This document shows positions 38,295-48,738 of a stretch of DNA of 64,000 nucleotides, piece by piece. The notes under the pieces were generated by a model, which was given only the letters and a program-made list of their open reading frames with translations, had not been told where the DNA came from and did not search any database. This DNA comes from a bacterium (GTDB lineage Bacteria; Patescibacteriota; Minisyncoccia; Phycocordibacterales; UBA6899). A program made the position numbers and the translations under genes. Position 1 is the stretch's first letter, and every line of letters begins with the position of its first letter. The stretch spans positions 30,703 to 94,702 of the forward strand of contig JAYUQG010000030.1 in assembly GCA_043756865.1 (NCBI GenBank). The letters run 5' to 3'.

Positions 38295-38522
38295 TTATTT
38301 GTAAGTACGACTGATAGTCTCGAGGTAGAGCCCCTCTACTTTCTCACGTGCCCACGGAGTTTTGCGGAGAAATGTGAGACTTGAAGTGACGCTCGGATTT
38401 AGCAAAAAACACTTAATTTTGATACGACGCCCAAGCTCTTCCCAGCCGTACTGCTCGACAAGATACTCCATTATAAATTTTAGAGTTTTGCCGTGGAGTG
38501 GATTATTTGGCTGCGGGTGCAT
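38295..38522 (-). CDS. VF530/DUF2132-family DNA-binding protein
   Basis: PLHGKTL..I...LV..YGWEELG..I.I.CF...[19 protein letters not shown]. Confidence 0.9.
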   Translation of the reverse strand: MHPQPNNPLHGKTLKFIMEYLVEQYGWEELGRRIKIKCFLLNPSVTSSLTFLRKTPWAREKVEGLYLETISRTYK

Positions 38523-38528
38523 GTGCAA

Positions 38529-38780
38529 TCACTTTTTAACTGGCGTTGAAACAACGGAAGTACTGTTGCGTGGAAGCCAGTCAAATACTTTTTTGCGATG
38601 GAGGTCCAAGGACCACATATCACCGTGCTTAAACAACATTTGGTGAGCATCACGAAAACGTTCCAAAAGTGCAACCGTGGCACTGGGGAACGCAGGGGGC
38701 ATGTTTGCGTTGTATGATTTCAGGAAATCTGAAAGCGATATTTGCATTTCGCTCACTTTTGGTGCGGGTGGGGTTTTCAT
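38529..38780 (-). CDS. Hypothetical protein
   Basis: ORF adjacent to the VF530 gene; WSLDLHRKKVFDWL. Confidence 0.65.
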   Translation of the reverse strand: MKTPPAPKVSEMQISLSDFLKSYNANMPPAFPSATVALLERFRDAHQMLFKHGDMWSLDLHRKKVFDWLPRNSTSVVSTPVKK

Positions 38781-38956
38781 AAGTAGTGATAGTACCACAT
38801 ATCAATAAAAAAATCAACCGCTCATAACTATGCGTGAAACAGGTCCAATTTTCTCAAAAAATTACATAACGAGTACATGAATTTTTTATTCCTCCGGTCA
38901 TATGCAGCTGTGATACAATAGCTTCGAGTTCTATTATTTATTCATCACTATTCTCT

Positions 38957-40267
38957 ATGAAAAAAACATTCATTGCAGGGGCAATACTTCTTGCGATTAT
39001 CGCAGGTGGTGTGACAACGGCGTCGGCAGAGACCGTGGCAACGACCATGTCCACTGACCAGATGTCTGTGCTTATGAAACAGATTGAGATGCTCCAGTCA
39101 CAAATTGCGGAGCTAAAAAAAGCAAACATAGTCCTTCAGTCGGACGTAACTTTGCTCCGAGAGGAAATGAAAATTGCGCGCACCCTCAGGCAGGGTGACA
39201 AGGGAGATGACGTCAAAATGCTCCAAGAAATGCTGGGGACTGACTCTGCTATTTTTAGCGGAGGTACCACCGGCTATTACGGACCAAAAACCGCAGAAGC
39301 GATTCGCAGGCTCCAAGAAAAAATGGGGCTTGAGAAGGTGGGTCATGTAGGCCCAAAGACACTCGAGAAAATTAATAAAATCCTTTCTGAAGGTGCTGGT
39401 AATTCTGGGAAAATTCCCCCCGGAATGCTCAAGGAGCACGGCCGTGGAATGATGGTTGCACTCAAGCCGGTGGGAGAGAGCGGAGTAAAGGGTTTTGCAG
39501 GACTGTCATTTACAATGAAGACGTCTGTGACTACTACCGGCTCATCGACGGGCATAGTAAAGGTGAAGATTGAGCTTTGGGAAAAAGGGGTGATGCACGA
39601 TAGGCCTGAGCATATGCCTGCAGCCTCGACAACAACCACGACCCCCGTTGCAATGGCACACCCCGCACATATTCACAGTGGGTCATGCGCAGCACAAGGC
39701 CCTGTCAAGTGGCCACTAACTCCCGTTATAAATGGTCGCTCCGAGACCACAATTGAGCTTCCACTAAAGGACTTGGTTGCAGCAATGCCTCTCTACATAA
39801 ACGTGCATAAATCAGCTGCGGAGATTGCGACGAGTATTGCCTGTGGCGACATCAAAAAGCCATCCAGCGTGTGGAAAGGCCATGAAATGGATGAGGACGA
39901 GGACGAAGATGATGATCGTGACGACATGAAGGGACACATGAATAGCGAGAAGCCGAAGTCCGATACGACACACAATGACATGGCAGGTGTGACAAAGAAG
40001 TTTGAACTTGTTGCAGCAAACTTCTCGTACAGTCTCAAGGAAATAAAAGTGAAGAAAGGAGACAAAGTGGGAATAAATCTGAAAGTTTCAGATGGATTCC
40101 ACGATCTCGTCATTGACGAAATGAAGGCCCGCACCGCGAAGGTCTCTGCAGGACAGATAACGAGTGTTGTCTTCACTGCAGACAAAGTAGGAACATTCGA
40201 ATACTACTGTTCGGTGGGCGATCACCGCGCACAAGGTATGGTCGGAAAAATCGTTGTGGAGGAATAA
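38957..40267 (+). CDS. Secreted multidomain protein: peptidoglycan-binding + CHRD/SOD-like + cupredoxin
   Basis: Signal peptide; L..GD.G.DV..LQ..L..TGYYGPKT..A; HPAHIHSGSC; YYCSVGDHRAQGMVG. Confidence 0.8.
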   Translation: MKKTFIAGAILLAIIAGGVTTASAETVATTMSTDQMSVLMKQIEMLQSQIAELKKANIVLQSDVTLLREEMKIARTLRQGDKGDDVKMLQEMLGTDSAIFSGGTTGYYGPKTAEAIRRLQEKMGLEKVGHVGPKTLEKINKILSEGAGNSGKIPPGMLKEHGRGMMVALKPVGESGVKGFAGLSFTMKTSVTTTGSSTGIVKVKIELWEKGVMHDRPEHMPAASTTTTTPVAMAHPAHIHSGSCAAQGPVKWPLTPVINGRSETTIELPLKDLVAAMPLYINVHKSAAEIATSIACGDIKKPSSVWKGHEMDEDEDEDDDRDDMKGHMNSEKPKSDTTHNDMAGVTKKFELVAANFSYSLKEIKVKKGDKVGINLKVSDGFHDLVIDEMKARTAKVSAGQITSVVFTADKVGTFEYYCSVGDHRAQGMVGKIVVEE

Positions 40268-40275
40268 GCCACTTA

Positions 40276-40436
40276 GAGCCTATCCCAAAAGGAACTTTCC
40301 TACTACAACATCCGATCTCCGGCAATGCCGCGCAAAACCCATCAAAGCACTGTCTCGACAATGCTCCTCGGGATTTCGCACGTCCTTACAGCGAAGCTCG
40401 TATGTTTCGCGACGGAGGCCTTATTGGGATAGGCTC
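40276..40436. mobile_element. MITE-like element
   Basis: 13-bp terminal inverted repeats GAGCCTATCCCAA/TTGGGATAGGCTC, flanked on both sides by TTA; no ORF; internal imperfect hairpin. Confidence 0.7.
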
Positions 40437-40479
40437 TTATACTCGGTACAAAAAACCACTCCTTATAAGGAGTGGTTTT

Positions 40480-40869
40480 TTATTGCTCATCAATCGCAAG
40501 GCCACCCCGCCACGACACCTGTGGATTCTCCGATTTCTTTCCGCCATGCGTTACAAGCTTAAATCGCGGGGTTGCAGTGACACTCACGTCTTGTAGCGCA
40601 TCAACAACATCGGGGGATTCATCTTCTTCAAAAAGGACTTCAGCTTCTCCTCGTCTGACAAACTCACCTAAAATCCCAAACGCAATTTTGTACTGCTCCA
40701 ATTCGCCACTTGTATATGTCCCACGAGGTTTGTTGGGCAAATACCCGGGAAGAAGTTCCTGCGTGGACTTCGCCCATGTTGGCGAAAGTGCTTTATGAAT
40801 TTCTCGAGCAAAAATCTGCTCAATGCTTTCACTGGACTCGTTTGGTTCTCGCATTTGCTCCTGTTTCAT
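40480..40869 (-). CDS. Hypothetical protein
   Basis: 129-aa ORF with upstream -10 (TATACT) and downstream terminator. Confidence 0.6.
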   Translation of the reverse strand: MKQEQMREPNESSESIEQIFAREIHKALSPTWAKSTQELLPGYLPNKPRGTYTSGELEQYKIAFGILGEFVRRGEAEVLFEEDESPDVVDALQDVSVTATPRFKLVTHGGKKSENPQVSWRGGLAIDEQ

Positions 40870-40905
40870 AAAAAAAGTATAGCAGAGTACGCCGTGTCCG
40901 CCACC

Positions 40906-42000
40906 TTAAGGATTTGCAGTCGTCGTACTTTCCACTAACCCATCCGTGCATGCACGCTGGTTTGCCGCCGTTTCGAGAGCGCGACAATACCCCCCTGCTC
41001 GCTCTTTTCCGTTCTCTGATTGAGAAATTTCCTTTGCACTTTTCACCAGCCAACACGACTCCTGATCTCCGAGCATATAGATACAGGTCTGAGATAAATC
41101 CACCGCACTCCCCTCGCGCTCACCGCGTAATTCTTCGGCAAACCAGTGCTGCATAAATGCACCCGTGGCACACTGACTACGATGCTCATCTGTGGCCATA
41201 TCTCCACAGCGGAGTAAAGACTCGGGAAGGTTGTCGCCCGTCATATATATCAAGGCATGCCCAATACCGTGCACACAGTTCAAGGTCGCGAGTGTGGATG
41301 ATGAATAGTAGGTTGCATTGGCACAGAAACCGCGCAGCTCAGCGGGGGACACCGATGCGACAGAACGATTGCGGAGCAACTCTTCGACAACACCATGGTA
41401 ATAACCGTTCTGACACAAATCAGAGCCCTGAAAAAATGCGGAACCCAGCGAGCCGTACTCGTGTGCGGCGCGATGTCCGATTTCATGCATTACTGCATGA
41501 CACCGCACGCCAAAATGTTCTTCACGTTTTACTTGCCCCGAGATAAGTGCGAGCGCACGCGCCGTTCCTGCGGTCTTTGCAAATTCTGCATAATACTGCT
41601 CCAAACACGCTTGGCGCGAAGGCTTTGATTCTGGTGTACAGATTTGAGTAAGGCTGGCCAGTCGCAGCGCAGTGCGCGTTTTCGGACCCACCTGTCCGTA
41701 CCCCGTTGTCTCCCTGCTCCCTGATTGGACGATACCCTCTTTTTGCTGAATGTGCTTAACGGCGTTCTCTGTTTTTACACCAAAATAACCGGTAGGGGTG
41801 AATCGCAATGCAGAGGACACGACCGCACTAAGTTCAGTCTGCAATACATAGACATCGTCACCTTGCATGCCGAGACGCATAATACGTTCAGTTGGAGTAC
41901 CTAGTGAGTTTTGAGCAGACATAGTACCGCTCACTACACCCGCCATGGCAACGCTGGGAAAGAGGAGCACGAAAAAAATAAGCGACCGCAACATCACCAT
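40906..42000 (-). CDS. Secreted peptidoglycan-binding protein with Cys/His-rich repeats
   Basis: PG-binding TGYFG.KT..AV..GQVGPKT; CHAVMHEIG, CQNGYYHG, CVHGIGH, CATGAFM. Confidence 0.75.
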   Translation of the reverse strand: MVMLRSLIFFVLLFPSVAMAGVVSGTMSAQNSLGTPTERIMRLGMQGDDVYVLQTELSAVVSSALRFTPTGYFGVKTENAVKHIQQKEGIVQSGSRETTGYGQVGPKTRTALRLASLTQICTPESKPSRQACLEQYYAEFAKTAGTARALALISGQVKREEHFGVRCHAVMHEIGHRAAHEYGSLGSAFFQGSDLCQNGYYHGVVEELLRNRSVASVSPAELRGFCANATYYSSSTLATLNCVHGIGHALIYMTGDNLPESLLRCGDMATDEHRSQCATGAFMQHWFAEELRGEREGSAVDLSQTCIYMLGDQESCWLVKSAKEISQSENGKERAGGYCRALETAANQRACTDGLVESTTTANP

Positions 42001-42065
42001 ATTATGCACGAAATTATAGAAAAAGAGCAGTGTGCACTGCTCTCGTTCTATTCCTGTAGTAGTGC

Positions 42066-42506
42066 TTAATTAAATGCAATATGGGGGTGCTTGGCGATTA
42101 TTGCGTCGACCGCACTTATGGCTCCAATCATGCGCAATGACTCAACCAAGAGTGCTTGGTCGGACATCGCACCATGGTGATATTCAACACCTGTCGGTTT
42201 CTCGTCGTGGCGAAGGATTCCATACACACAGCGTGGATCAACACCGAATTCGTCGCGCACCGCATCCAGATCAACTCCGGAGATTTCTGCGGTAATGCCC
42301 GTTTGGTTTTTTGAAAAACCCTCACCGCGTGTAGTATTCGTTTCTACTTGAGCTCTGGCCATCACACGTGTGAAATCCTTTTCGTTGATTCGGCCACCCA
42401 GAGCAACATAATTCCCATAGCTGAATCCTGATTCATTTTCTCCCACCGCTTCTTCGGGGGGTGTTTCGGGTACTACTTCTTCTGCAATTTTTTCTTTTTC
42501 ATTCAT
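42066..42506 (-). CDS. Hypothetical protein
   Basis: 146-aa ORF. Confidence 0.6.
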   Translation of the reverse strand: MNEKEKIAEEVVPETPPEEAVGENESGFSYGNYVALGGRINEKDFTRVMARAQVETNTTRGEGFSKNQTGITAEISGVDLDAVRDEFGVDPRCVYGILRHDEKPTGVEYHHGAMSDQALLVESLRMIGAISAVDAIIAKHPHIAFN

Positions 42507-42572
42507 ATAATTATGCTACGGCGAATATGGGTTGTTGCAAAAAATTTATTAGCAACAGGTTATTAATATTGT

Positions 42573-43016
42573 CTAATTGGCTCCTCGTTCTGCGATATGT
42601 GCGTCGAGCGCTGCAAGCATGCCCTCAAGTTTGGCATCTTCTGCGGTGTCCCCAGCAAGCTGTGCAACAATCTTTTTTTCCAAAAGAATGACCTTCATGT
42701 CGTTGTCTTTCTCTGCGCGCGACTTCTCTGCAAGAGCAGCCTCTGCGTCCGGAGTCTTGAGCGCAAGTATCTTATCAGCCGTTGCGATCTGCTCTGCGGT
42801 GCGTCCCTCGAAGTCGTCTGTAGGTGCGCGGTTTGCACGACCATCAATTACACGACCTGTTGCGGCAGCATCTGACTCGAGCTCCAGCGTGGAACCCGCA
42901 CCAAAGAATTCGACTGCTGCAATCTGGTCGGCAGAAAGCGTGTCTGCACCCCCGTAAATCAAGTCTTCTTTGTTACGATCCCCTGCTTTTCCAAATTCCA
43001 TTTCTTCTTTATGCAT
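42573..43016 (-). CDS. Hypothetical acidic Ala-rich protein
   Basis: 147-aa ORF with AT-rich upstream region. Confidence 0.65.
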   Translation of the reverse strand: MHKEEMEFGKAGDRNKEDLIYGGADTLSADQIAAVEFFGAGSTLELESDAAATGRVIDGRANRAPTDDFEGRTAEQIATADKILALKTPDAEAALAEKSRAEKDNDMKVILLEKKIVAQLAGDTAEDAKLEGMLAALDAHIAERGAN

Positions 43017-43226
43017 ATTGTTGTATTTAATAATAAATAATTAGTCACTCCAATTACATAATCATATAATAAATCTCTTTTTGTATTTTGATTATACCAT
43101 AATACAAAAATATAGTCAACTGATGCTAGCAAAAAAGAAAATCATAAATTACTTGACAGAGAGGCATAATTCGTGCTAAAATTTTATTGAACCACTTCTT
43201 TCACTTTCCCAAGCAAGGAGACTTCA

Positions 43227-43823
43227 ATGTCCTCATTCAGCAAGCTCGCCGCCAAGATGCGCACCACAGGGTCAATTTACTGTGACCGTGACCGCAATGT
43301 GTTTGCGGTTGCTGTGCTCGAAATGGCGCACGCAATCTCCCGCGGCAGGAAGCCGAGCTCATGTTCGGTACTTCTGGGCGAGAACACCCACGAGTGGCTC
43401 CACCGCACGTTCGTCGTCATTCATGACTACTGCCACGATCACATGGGCTACAAATGCTCCATCGCCGACGCGGAGCTCGACACTCTCTATGGCTGGTGCT
43501 ACAACGACCCTGACGCGATGAAGATCTGCCAGGCCATCGTCATTTGCAGGAAATACATCCAGCCCATCAAGAAGAACAAGGAATTCCGCGGCGACTGGAG
43601 GTATCAAGACCGCAACAAGTCGACGAACTTGAAGCGCAAAGCGGCCTGGCTGGCGCGCAAGAATGGCAGCCACTACGACGACCGCTACGACTACATCTCT
43701 AATGGTGAAGACAACTTCCCGTGGAGCATTCGGCGCGACGAGTTGGACGACGGCAGCGTCGACACGCTTCCGCCGCGGCCCGCAGTCGTTCGGCGCGTTC
43801 GCCGGGTCTCGACCCCCACCTGA
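43227..43823 (+). CDS. Hypothetical protein (solo unit, atypical C-ending codons)
   Basis: TTGACA..TGCTAAAAT, SD AAGGAG, terminator near 43840-43865. Confidence 0.7.
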   Translation: MSSFSKLAAKMRTTGSIYCDRDRNVFAVAVLEMAHAISRGRKPSSCSVLLGENTHEWLHRTFVVIHDYCHDHMGYKCSIADAELDTLYGWCYNDPDAMKICQAIVICRKYIQPIKKNKEFRGDWRYQDRNKSTNLKRKAAWLARKNGSHYDDRYDYISNGEDNFPWSIRRDELDDGSVDTLPPRPAVVRRVRRVSTPT

Positions 43824-43882
43824 ACTTCGGTTCACACACAACCCCCGCATGGCGCTGGGGTTTTCTATATTCACAGTGCGCA

Positions 43883-44572
43883 TTAAATAGACACGCTGCT
43901 ATCCCCTGTTATAGGAATTTTGTCTCCGAGATATTTTGGCTGCCGATGATACAGCACGTTACTCACCGCTTTGACATTCGCCAGCAGTTCGCGCAAATTG
44001 TTGCGCACCCCATATATATGCCGGTCGGCAGATAATCCATATGCATTAATCCCGAGCCGGCGCGCTATAAATACCGAGCGCGGTAAGTGAAATGATTGTG
44101 TTACAATAATTGCGCTATCAACGAGAAATATCACTCGCGCACGGTACATACTGCTATATGTATCGAAACCTGCGTGATCAAGAAATATTGCCTCTGTGGG
44201 TATCCCATTTGCTAGTAAATAGTCGCGAGACGGATTTACTTCATTGTGCGTGACACTTCCATCATCCCCTGTAACCAGAATCGTTTTCACCTTTCCTGTG
44301 TTGTAGAGCACAATTGCGGTATCTACCCTATCTCGGAGTACTGGGGAAAGTTCCCCGTTACGGAGTATTCCTGCACCAAGGACGATGGCCGTATACCGTG
44401 CGGGTACTTCGTCGGATGTTGTCGCGATATACGAGGATGACTCTAGATGTATGAGAAAAAATGCCAAACTCACAAAGAGCAAGGCTAACACAAATCCAAA
44501 TAAACAAAGCCACAAAAATCGCTTCGCATATGTCCTCGTATGATGTATGTGGAATTGCTGTTGTACGGGCAT
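43883..44572 (-). CDS. SanA/YdcF (ElyC) family protein
   Basis: AIVLGAG, L.DRV, NEV, DHAGFDTYSSM, TQSFHLPR, RE.LA. Confidence 0.88.
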   Translation of the reverse strand: MPVQQQFHIHHTRTYAKRFLWLCLFGFVLALLFVSLAFFLIHLESSSYIATTSDEVPARYTAIVLGAGILRNGELSPVLRDRVDTAIVLYNTGKVKTILVTGDDGSVTHNEVNPSRDYLLANGIPTEAIFLDHAGFDTYSSMYRARVIFLVDSAIIVTQSFHLPRSVFIARRLGINAYGLSADRHIYGVRNNLRELLANVKAVSNVLYHRQPKYLGDKIPITGDSSVSI

Positions 44573-44701
44573 ATTGAAAAACACGTATTACAAAGATACG
44601 CACTGCACACTATAGCACAATTACAGAATTAGTTGACAATAGTCTATTTTTGTACTATTGTATATTCGGTCTCGAACCTTTCAATTACAGAAGGAGTCTG
44701 C

Positions 44702-45631
44702 ATGAAGCTAGAACGTATGGTCTTTGGTGTGCTTTTGTTGCTTGCAAGCATGATGGCGAGCGCACTGGAACTTCCCCTGCGCACCACAACTTTCGTCAAC
44801 GACTTTGCGGAAATGCTGAGTCCCGAAGAGGAGCGTGTGCTCAACGCGAAGCTCGGTGAGTTCAAAAACACCAGTCGCGTGAGCATGGTCGTCGCTACCA
44901 TCTCTGCTGCGAGTGACTACGGCTATTCTGGTCTTGTCGAGATGGGCACCTCCCTCTTCGAGCGATGGGCGCCCGGCGAAAAAGGTCTCAATTCTGGCAT
45001 TCTCGTAATCGTCGCAGGCAAGTCTCCGCCTTACAAGATTCGCATCGTCACCGGTCGTGGAGTGGAAGGCGCAGTCCCCGACCTCATCGCGAAGCGCGTC
45101 ATCGAGGACATGATGAAGCCCGTCATGCACAAGGGTGGACAGGGTGCATATGCACTTGGTCTCACCCGCGGTATCGAAGCACTCATGCAGCGGGCGAAGA
45201 ACGAGTTCGCGCCGAAAAGTGCGCCAGCGACGTCGGGTCATTCATCCTCAAGCACTGCCGTGCTTCTCCCCGTGCTCCTTGTGCTCGGCATAGGTGTAGC
45301 CTTGTTCTTCTTCCTCTTCTACCGGAGCAGTACTGTTCGGCGGGCGCAGGAGTTGCGTGAACAGGAAAATGCAGACGCCGAACGACTGCGTGCGTTGCGC
45401 GAGCAAAACCATTACGCAACCACTCGTCAGCCGACCCAGTACCGTGAACCGGCACGACACACACCAAAGCGGCAACCTCCCACGCGCCGTATGCCAGCAC
45501 GTGACGATGTTGTCGTTGTTGCAATACCCACATCAACGTATCAGGCATCCGAACCCGATGCTCCCGATACGGATACAAGCTCGCCCGACACAGGAGGCGA
45601 AACTTCTGGCAGTGGCTCCGGCGACAACTGA
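44702..45631 (+). CDS. TPM-domain (YgcG-like) protein
   Basis: VNDFAEMLS, LFERW.PG..G.N.GILV, RI.TG.GVEG.VPD, TM, C-terminal GG.TSGSGSG. Confidence 0.88.
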   Translation: MKLERMVFGVLLLLASMMASALELPLRTTTFVNDFAEMLSPEEERVLNAKLGEFKNTSRVSMVVATISAASDYGYSGLVEMGTSLFERWAPGEKGLNSGILVIVAGKSPPYKIRIVTGRGVEGAVPDLIAKRVIEDMMKPVMHKGGQGAYALGLTRGIEALMQRAKNEFAPKSAPATSGHSSSSTAVLLPVLLVLGIGVALFFFLFYRSSTVRRAQELREQENADAERLRALREQNHYATTRQPTQYREPARHTPKRQPPTRRMPARDDVVVVAIPTSTYQASEPDAPDTDTSSPDTGGETSGSGSGDN

Positions 45632-45734
45632 AACAGTAGACGTACAAGCCCCCGCATAGCGCGGGGGTTTTCTTTGTGTGTGATACGCAACAAAACAGTG
45701 CGCGATACTCTGTACGCGGATTTTCTATCTCCAT

Positions 45735-46040
45735 TTAATCGTACCGTTCAAGGAGGCGTTGGCGTAGCTCGCGTGCATAGGGCTCGTTGTTGATAGCTAT
45801 CGCAGTGTTAAGTTTTTGGAGCAAACTATTGAGTTCAAGACGGGAAGTTAATTCTCCATTTTCTTTTTCCAAAAAATTATCCACCTCAAGAATTAGCTCG
45901 GCGGCGTCTTCCTCCGCATGGTCGTTACCCTCAGCAAACTGTGGTCTTACTTGCGTGTTTGTGATGTCGAGTTCGCGCACCAACATGCGCGTATGTTCGT
46001 CTCCAGGAAGCTCTTCGGGGATTTCGGAGTGTATTGCCAT
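45735..46040 (-). CDS. Hypothetical protein, paralog of 34859-35152
   Basis: Shared C-terminal motif. Confidence 0.7.
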   Translation of the reverse strand: MAIHSEIPEELPGDEHTRMLVRELDITNTQVRPQFAEGNDHAEEDAAELILEVDNFLEKENGELTSRLELNSLLQKLNTAIAINNEPYARELRQRLLERYD

Positions 46041-46149
46041 ATGGGTTATTCTTCCTTACCTCCACTGCTTTTGCAATACATTAATGAGTTGTGTACTTTC
46101 GCTACACTGGATATCATAGGAAAATAGCAATGACTAACTCCCAAATAAA

Positions 46150-46455
46150 ATGAAAGAAAATTTAGCAGTTCAGCCCATATACGAAGACGAGTGCGAGGAT
46201 TTTCGGGACGCGGCAAACGATCCACAGATCAACAGCGCGGAAATTGTGGCCATCGACGCACTTCCCACAAGCAAGCTACGCGAACGCAAAAAAGCTTTTC
46301 TTTGGCTTGCGGATCCCGGTAACGGCTCATCAAAGGAACTACGTGCCAAATCACAGGCGATGATTGACCATATCGACATGCTCCTCAGTGATCGTGGAGA
46401 GATGGCGGATACCGAAGTACAAACAGAGGATTCAGTCAAAAAAGAGGCTAACTAA
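46150..46455 (+). CDS. Hypothetical protein
   Basis: 101-aa ORF. Confidence 0.6.
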   Translation: MKENLAVQPIYEDECEDFRDAANDPQINSAEIVAIDALPTSKLRERKKAFLWLADPGNGSSKELRAKSQAMIDHIDMLLSDRGEMADTEVQTEDSVKKEAN

Positions 46456-46637
46456 TGTTTTTTTCTGTGCATGGAGAGAAATATGTTGATGAAGTTGTCT
46501 GTGTGACAATTACCCACATGAGCTTGTCCCTGTATAATAAAATTACGGGGGTATTGACATACCTTACTATTTATGCTATCATCTTAGTGTAAGCACATTC
46601 ACTTCTTTTCAGTCACATCACCACGAAGGAGTCAGCT

Positions 46638-46856
46638 ATGGACACACTGAGCATGCTTCTCTACTCGCCGGGCGCAGCCCAAGGTCACCTCGACGAGAAC
46701 TTCGGCAACAATGACGGCGGCCGCTACTACGGCAGCGACGGCGAGGCCACCAACGTGAACCACGCCCAATTCCAAGAAGGCGCCGACTGCGGCCGAGCTT
46801 CCGGTAGCTACATCCCCGTCGACAACCTGCGCGGCCGGCGTATCGCTTCCAACTGA
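46638..46856 (+). CDS. Small hypothetical protein (solo unit)
   Basis: TTGACA-17-TATCAT, SD GAAGGAG, strongly C-ending codons. Confidence 0.65.
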   Translation: MDTLSMLLYSPGAAQGHLDENFGNNDGGRYYGSDGEATNVNHAQFQEGADCGRASGSYIPVDNLRGRRIASN

Positions 46857-47061
46857 TTCACCGCCGCCTCAACTTACTGAAAAGGAGACTCCAATGAGAT
46901 AACGATGACGGTTTCTCCCGTCACCAACTCTTCGCACCAGCGGGCGCCCCAAAGCGCCCGCTTCATTTTTTATATGTGGGAGCGTTGTAATAGGTCACTA
47001 GCTCAAACGGCATTACGCTTAGGAAATACTTTGCCTATTACGAGCCTATCTCATGATATCT

Positions 47062-47937
47062 ATGTCACTTCGTCACACAACAGTAACAAAACAGGTTCAC
47101 CCGAAACAAAAACAAACGAAGCAACCGGGGCAAGAATACAAAATGACTCCGCAACCTGAAGCGGATAATGGGAATACAAAAAATACTCCGAGACTCGGAG
47201 GCAAGGTTGCCCTTATCACCGGTGGCGATAGTGGCATCGGAAGAGCAGTCGCAATCGCCTTTGCAAAAGAGGGAGCGAACGTTGCAATCGTCTACCTGAG
47301 TGAGCACAAAGACGCGAAGGAAACAAAAAAGCTTGTTGAGGACTACGGGAAAAAGTGCTTGCTACTCTCCGGTGATATTGGGAGGGAGATATTTGCAAAG
47401 CAAGCAGTACGCAAAACCATAAAGGAATTTGGAAAACTCAACATCCTTGTGAACAATGCCGCAGAACAGCGTCCACAAAAATCCATATTGAATATTTCTC
47501 AGCGGCAACTCGAAAAAATATTTCGTACAAATATTTTTTCGTTTTTTTACTTTGTGAAGGCTGCACTTCCCTACCTGAAGAAAGGTGACACCATTATTAA
47601 TACGTCCTCGGTGGTGGCCTATCGTGGGAGCTGGCACTTGCTTGATTACGCAGCGTCAAAAGGAGCAATTATCAGTTTCACACGCTCACTCTCGGCATCA
47701 CTCATCGAGAAAGGTATCCGCGTCAACGGTGTAGCACCGGGTGCGGTGTGGACTCCTCTTATTCCCTCTACATTTACAAAAAAACAAGTTGCAACATTTG
47801 GTACAGACAACCCGATGAAGCGGGCAGGTGAACCGAGTGAAATCGCACCTGCATTTGTCTTTCTTGCGTCGGAAGATTCGTCGTTCATGACGGGGCAGGT
47901 ACTCCACCCAAACGGTGGAGAGATCATTAACGGTTGA
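47062..47937 (+). CDS. SDR-family oxidoreductase (YhdF/general stress protein 39-like)
   Basis: TGGDSGIG, NNAA, YAASK, VNGVAPG.VWTPLIP, TGQVLHPNGG. Confidence 0.93.
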   Translation: MSLRHTTVTKQVHPKQKQTKQPGQEYKMTPQPEADNGNTKNTPRLGGKVALITGGDSGIGRAVAIAFAKEGANVAIVYLSEHKDAKETKKLVEDYGKKCLLLSGDIGREIFAKQAVRKTIKEFGKLNILVNNAAEQRPQKSILNISQRQLEKIFRTNIFSFFYFVKAALPYLKKGDTIINTSSVVAYRGSWHLLDYAASKGAIISFTRSLSASLIEKGIRVNGVAPGAVWTPLIPSTFTKKQVATFGTDNPMKRAGEPSEIAPAFVFLASEDSSFMTGQVLHPNGGEIING

Positions 47938-47972
47938 CCGCAACTCCAAACGTTCACCCGTGTGTATACATG

Positions 47973-48224
47973 TTAACGATGCGGGCAACCAGACCAACAA
48001 CAAGGTCGACGCTTCCCTTCTGCGATTTCTGTATACGTCCGAATGATGCGATGTACCCTCGTTTCAGGCTTCTTCGCATCTTCTATCCAGCAGAGGAACT
48101 CATTGCGCGCCAAGGGCGTAATATCCTCCCATGCAACAAGTGATTTGGCGTGAGAGACAAGCGCCTCACGTAAATCTGAGGGAACTTTGTGTACAACGCC
48201 CTGTGCAATTCGTTTTTGTGCCAT
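47973..48224 (-). CDS. YdeI/OmpD-associated family protein
   Basis: VP.DL..AL, W..ITPLARNE..CWI..AKKPETR..RI, GKRRPCCW.GC. Confidence 0.85.
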   Translation of the reverse strand: MAQKRIAQGVVHKVPSDLREALVSHAKSLVAWEDITPLARNEFLCWIEDAKKPETRVHRIIRTYTEIAEGKRRPCCWSGCPHR

Positions 48225-48298
48225 GGGTCTATTTTACATCAAATTGTATAATGAAGTTGCAGAATGGGACTTATGTCTATTTTTGCTATAATTGCACC

Positions 48299-48541
48299 AT
48301 GAATGAAGAAGAGCAGAACAATGACATACTGAAGGAGTTAAAAAAACTCAATTCGAGTATTCACAAGCAAAACTCTAAGGGACATATTTTTAGCTCCGGG
48401 ATTATCCACGGTCTAGGATTTTTTATTGGTTCTGCGATACTCGCGACGATAGCGCTCGGTATACTGGGCCCGATAGTCGGAAAAATCTCCTGGGTTAAAG
48501 AATACTTTGATAAAGGAGTCTCAATCGTCCAACCGCACTAA
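48299..48541 (+). CDS. Small membrane protein
   Basis: F..GII.GLG..IG..I hydrophobic segment; -10 TATAAT just upstream. Confidence 0.7.
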   Translation: MNEEEQNNDILKELKKLNSSIHKQNSKGHIFSSGIIHGLGFFIGSAILATIALGILGPIVGKISWVKEYFDKGVSIVQPH

Positions 48542-48738
48542 AAAACCGAAATGGGCAAAGGGCTGGCGTTTCATTACAATATGCCCGTTTTTAATATTAT
48601 TCTCCTGTCACTAGAGGGGTAGTTTAAACTTATCTCCATTCTGTCATAAATCATAGGTTGCCCAAGATCTCTCATTCGAAAAAAATTGACAAATTTAAAA
48701 AAAATTATAGGCTGATTCTCAGCACCAACGGAGTCTAT

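Noticed and set aside
48596-48625. Possible degenerate extra repeat copy (ATTATTCTCCTGTC..CTAGAGGGGTAG)
   Set aside because: Too many mismatches to separate from chance by eye
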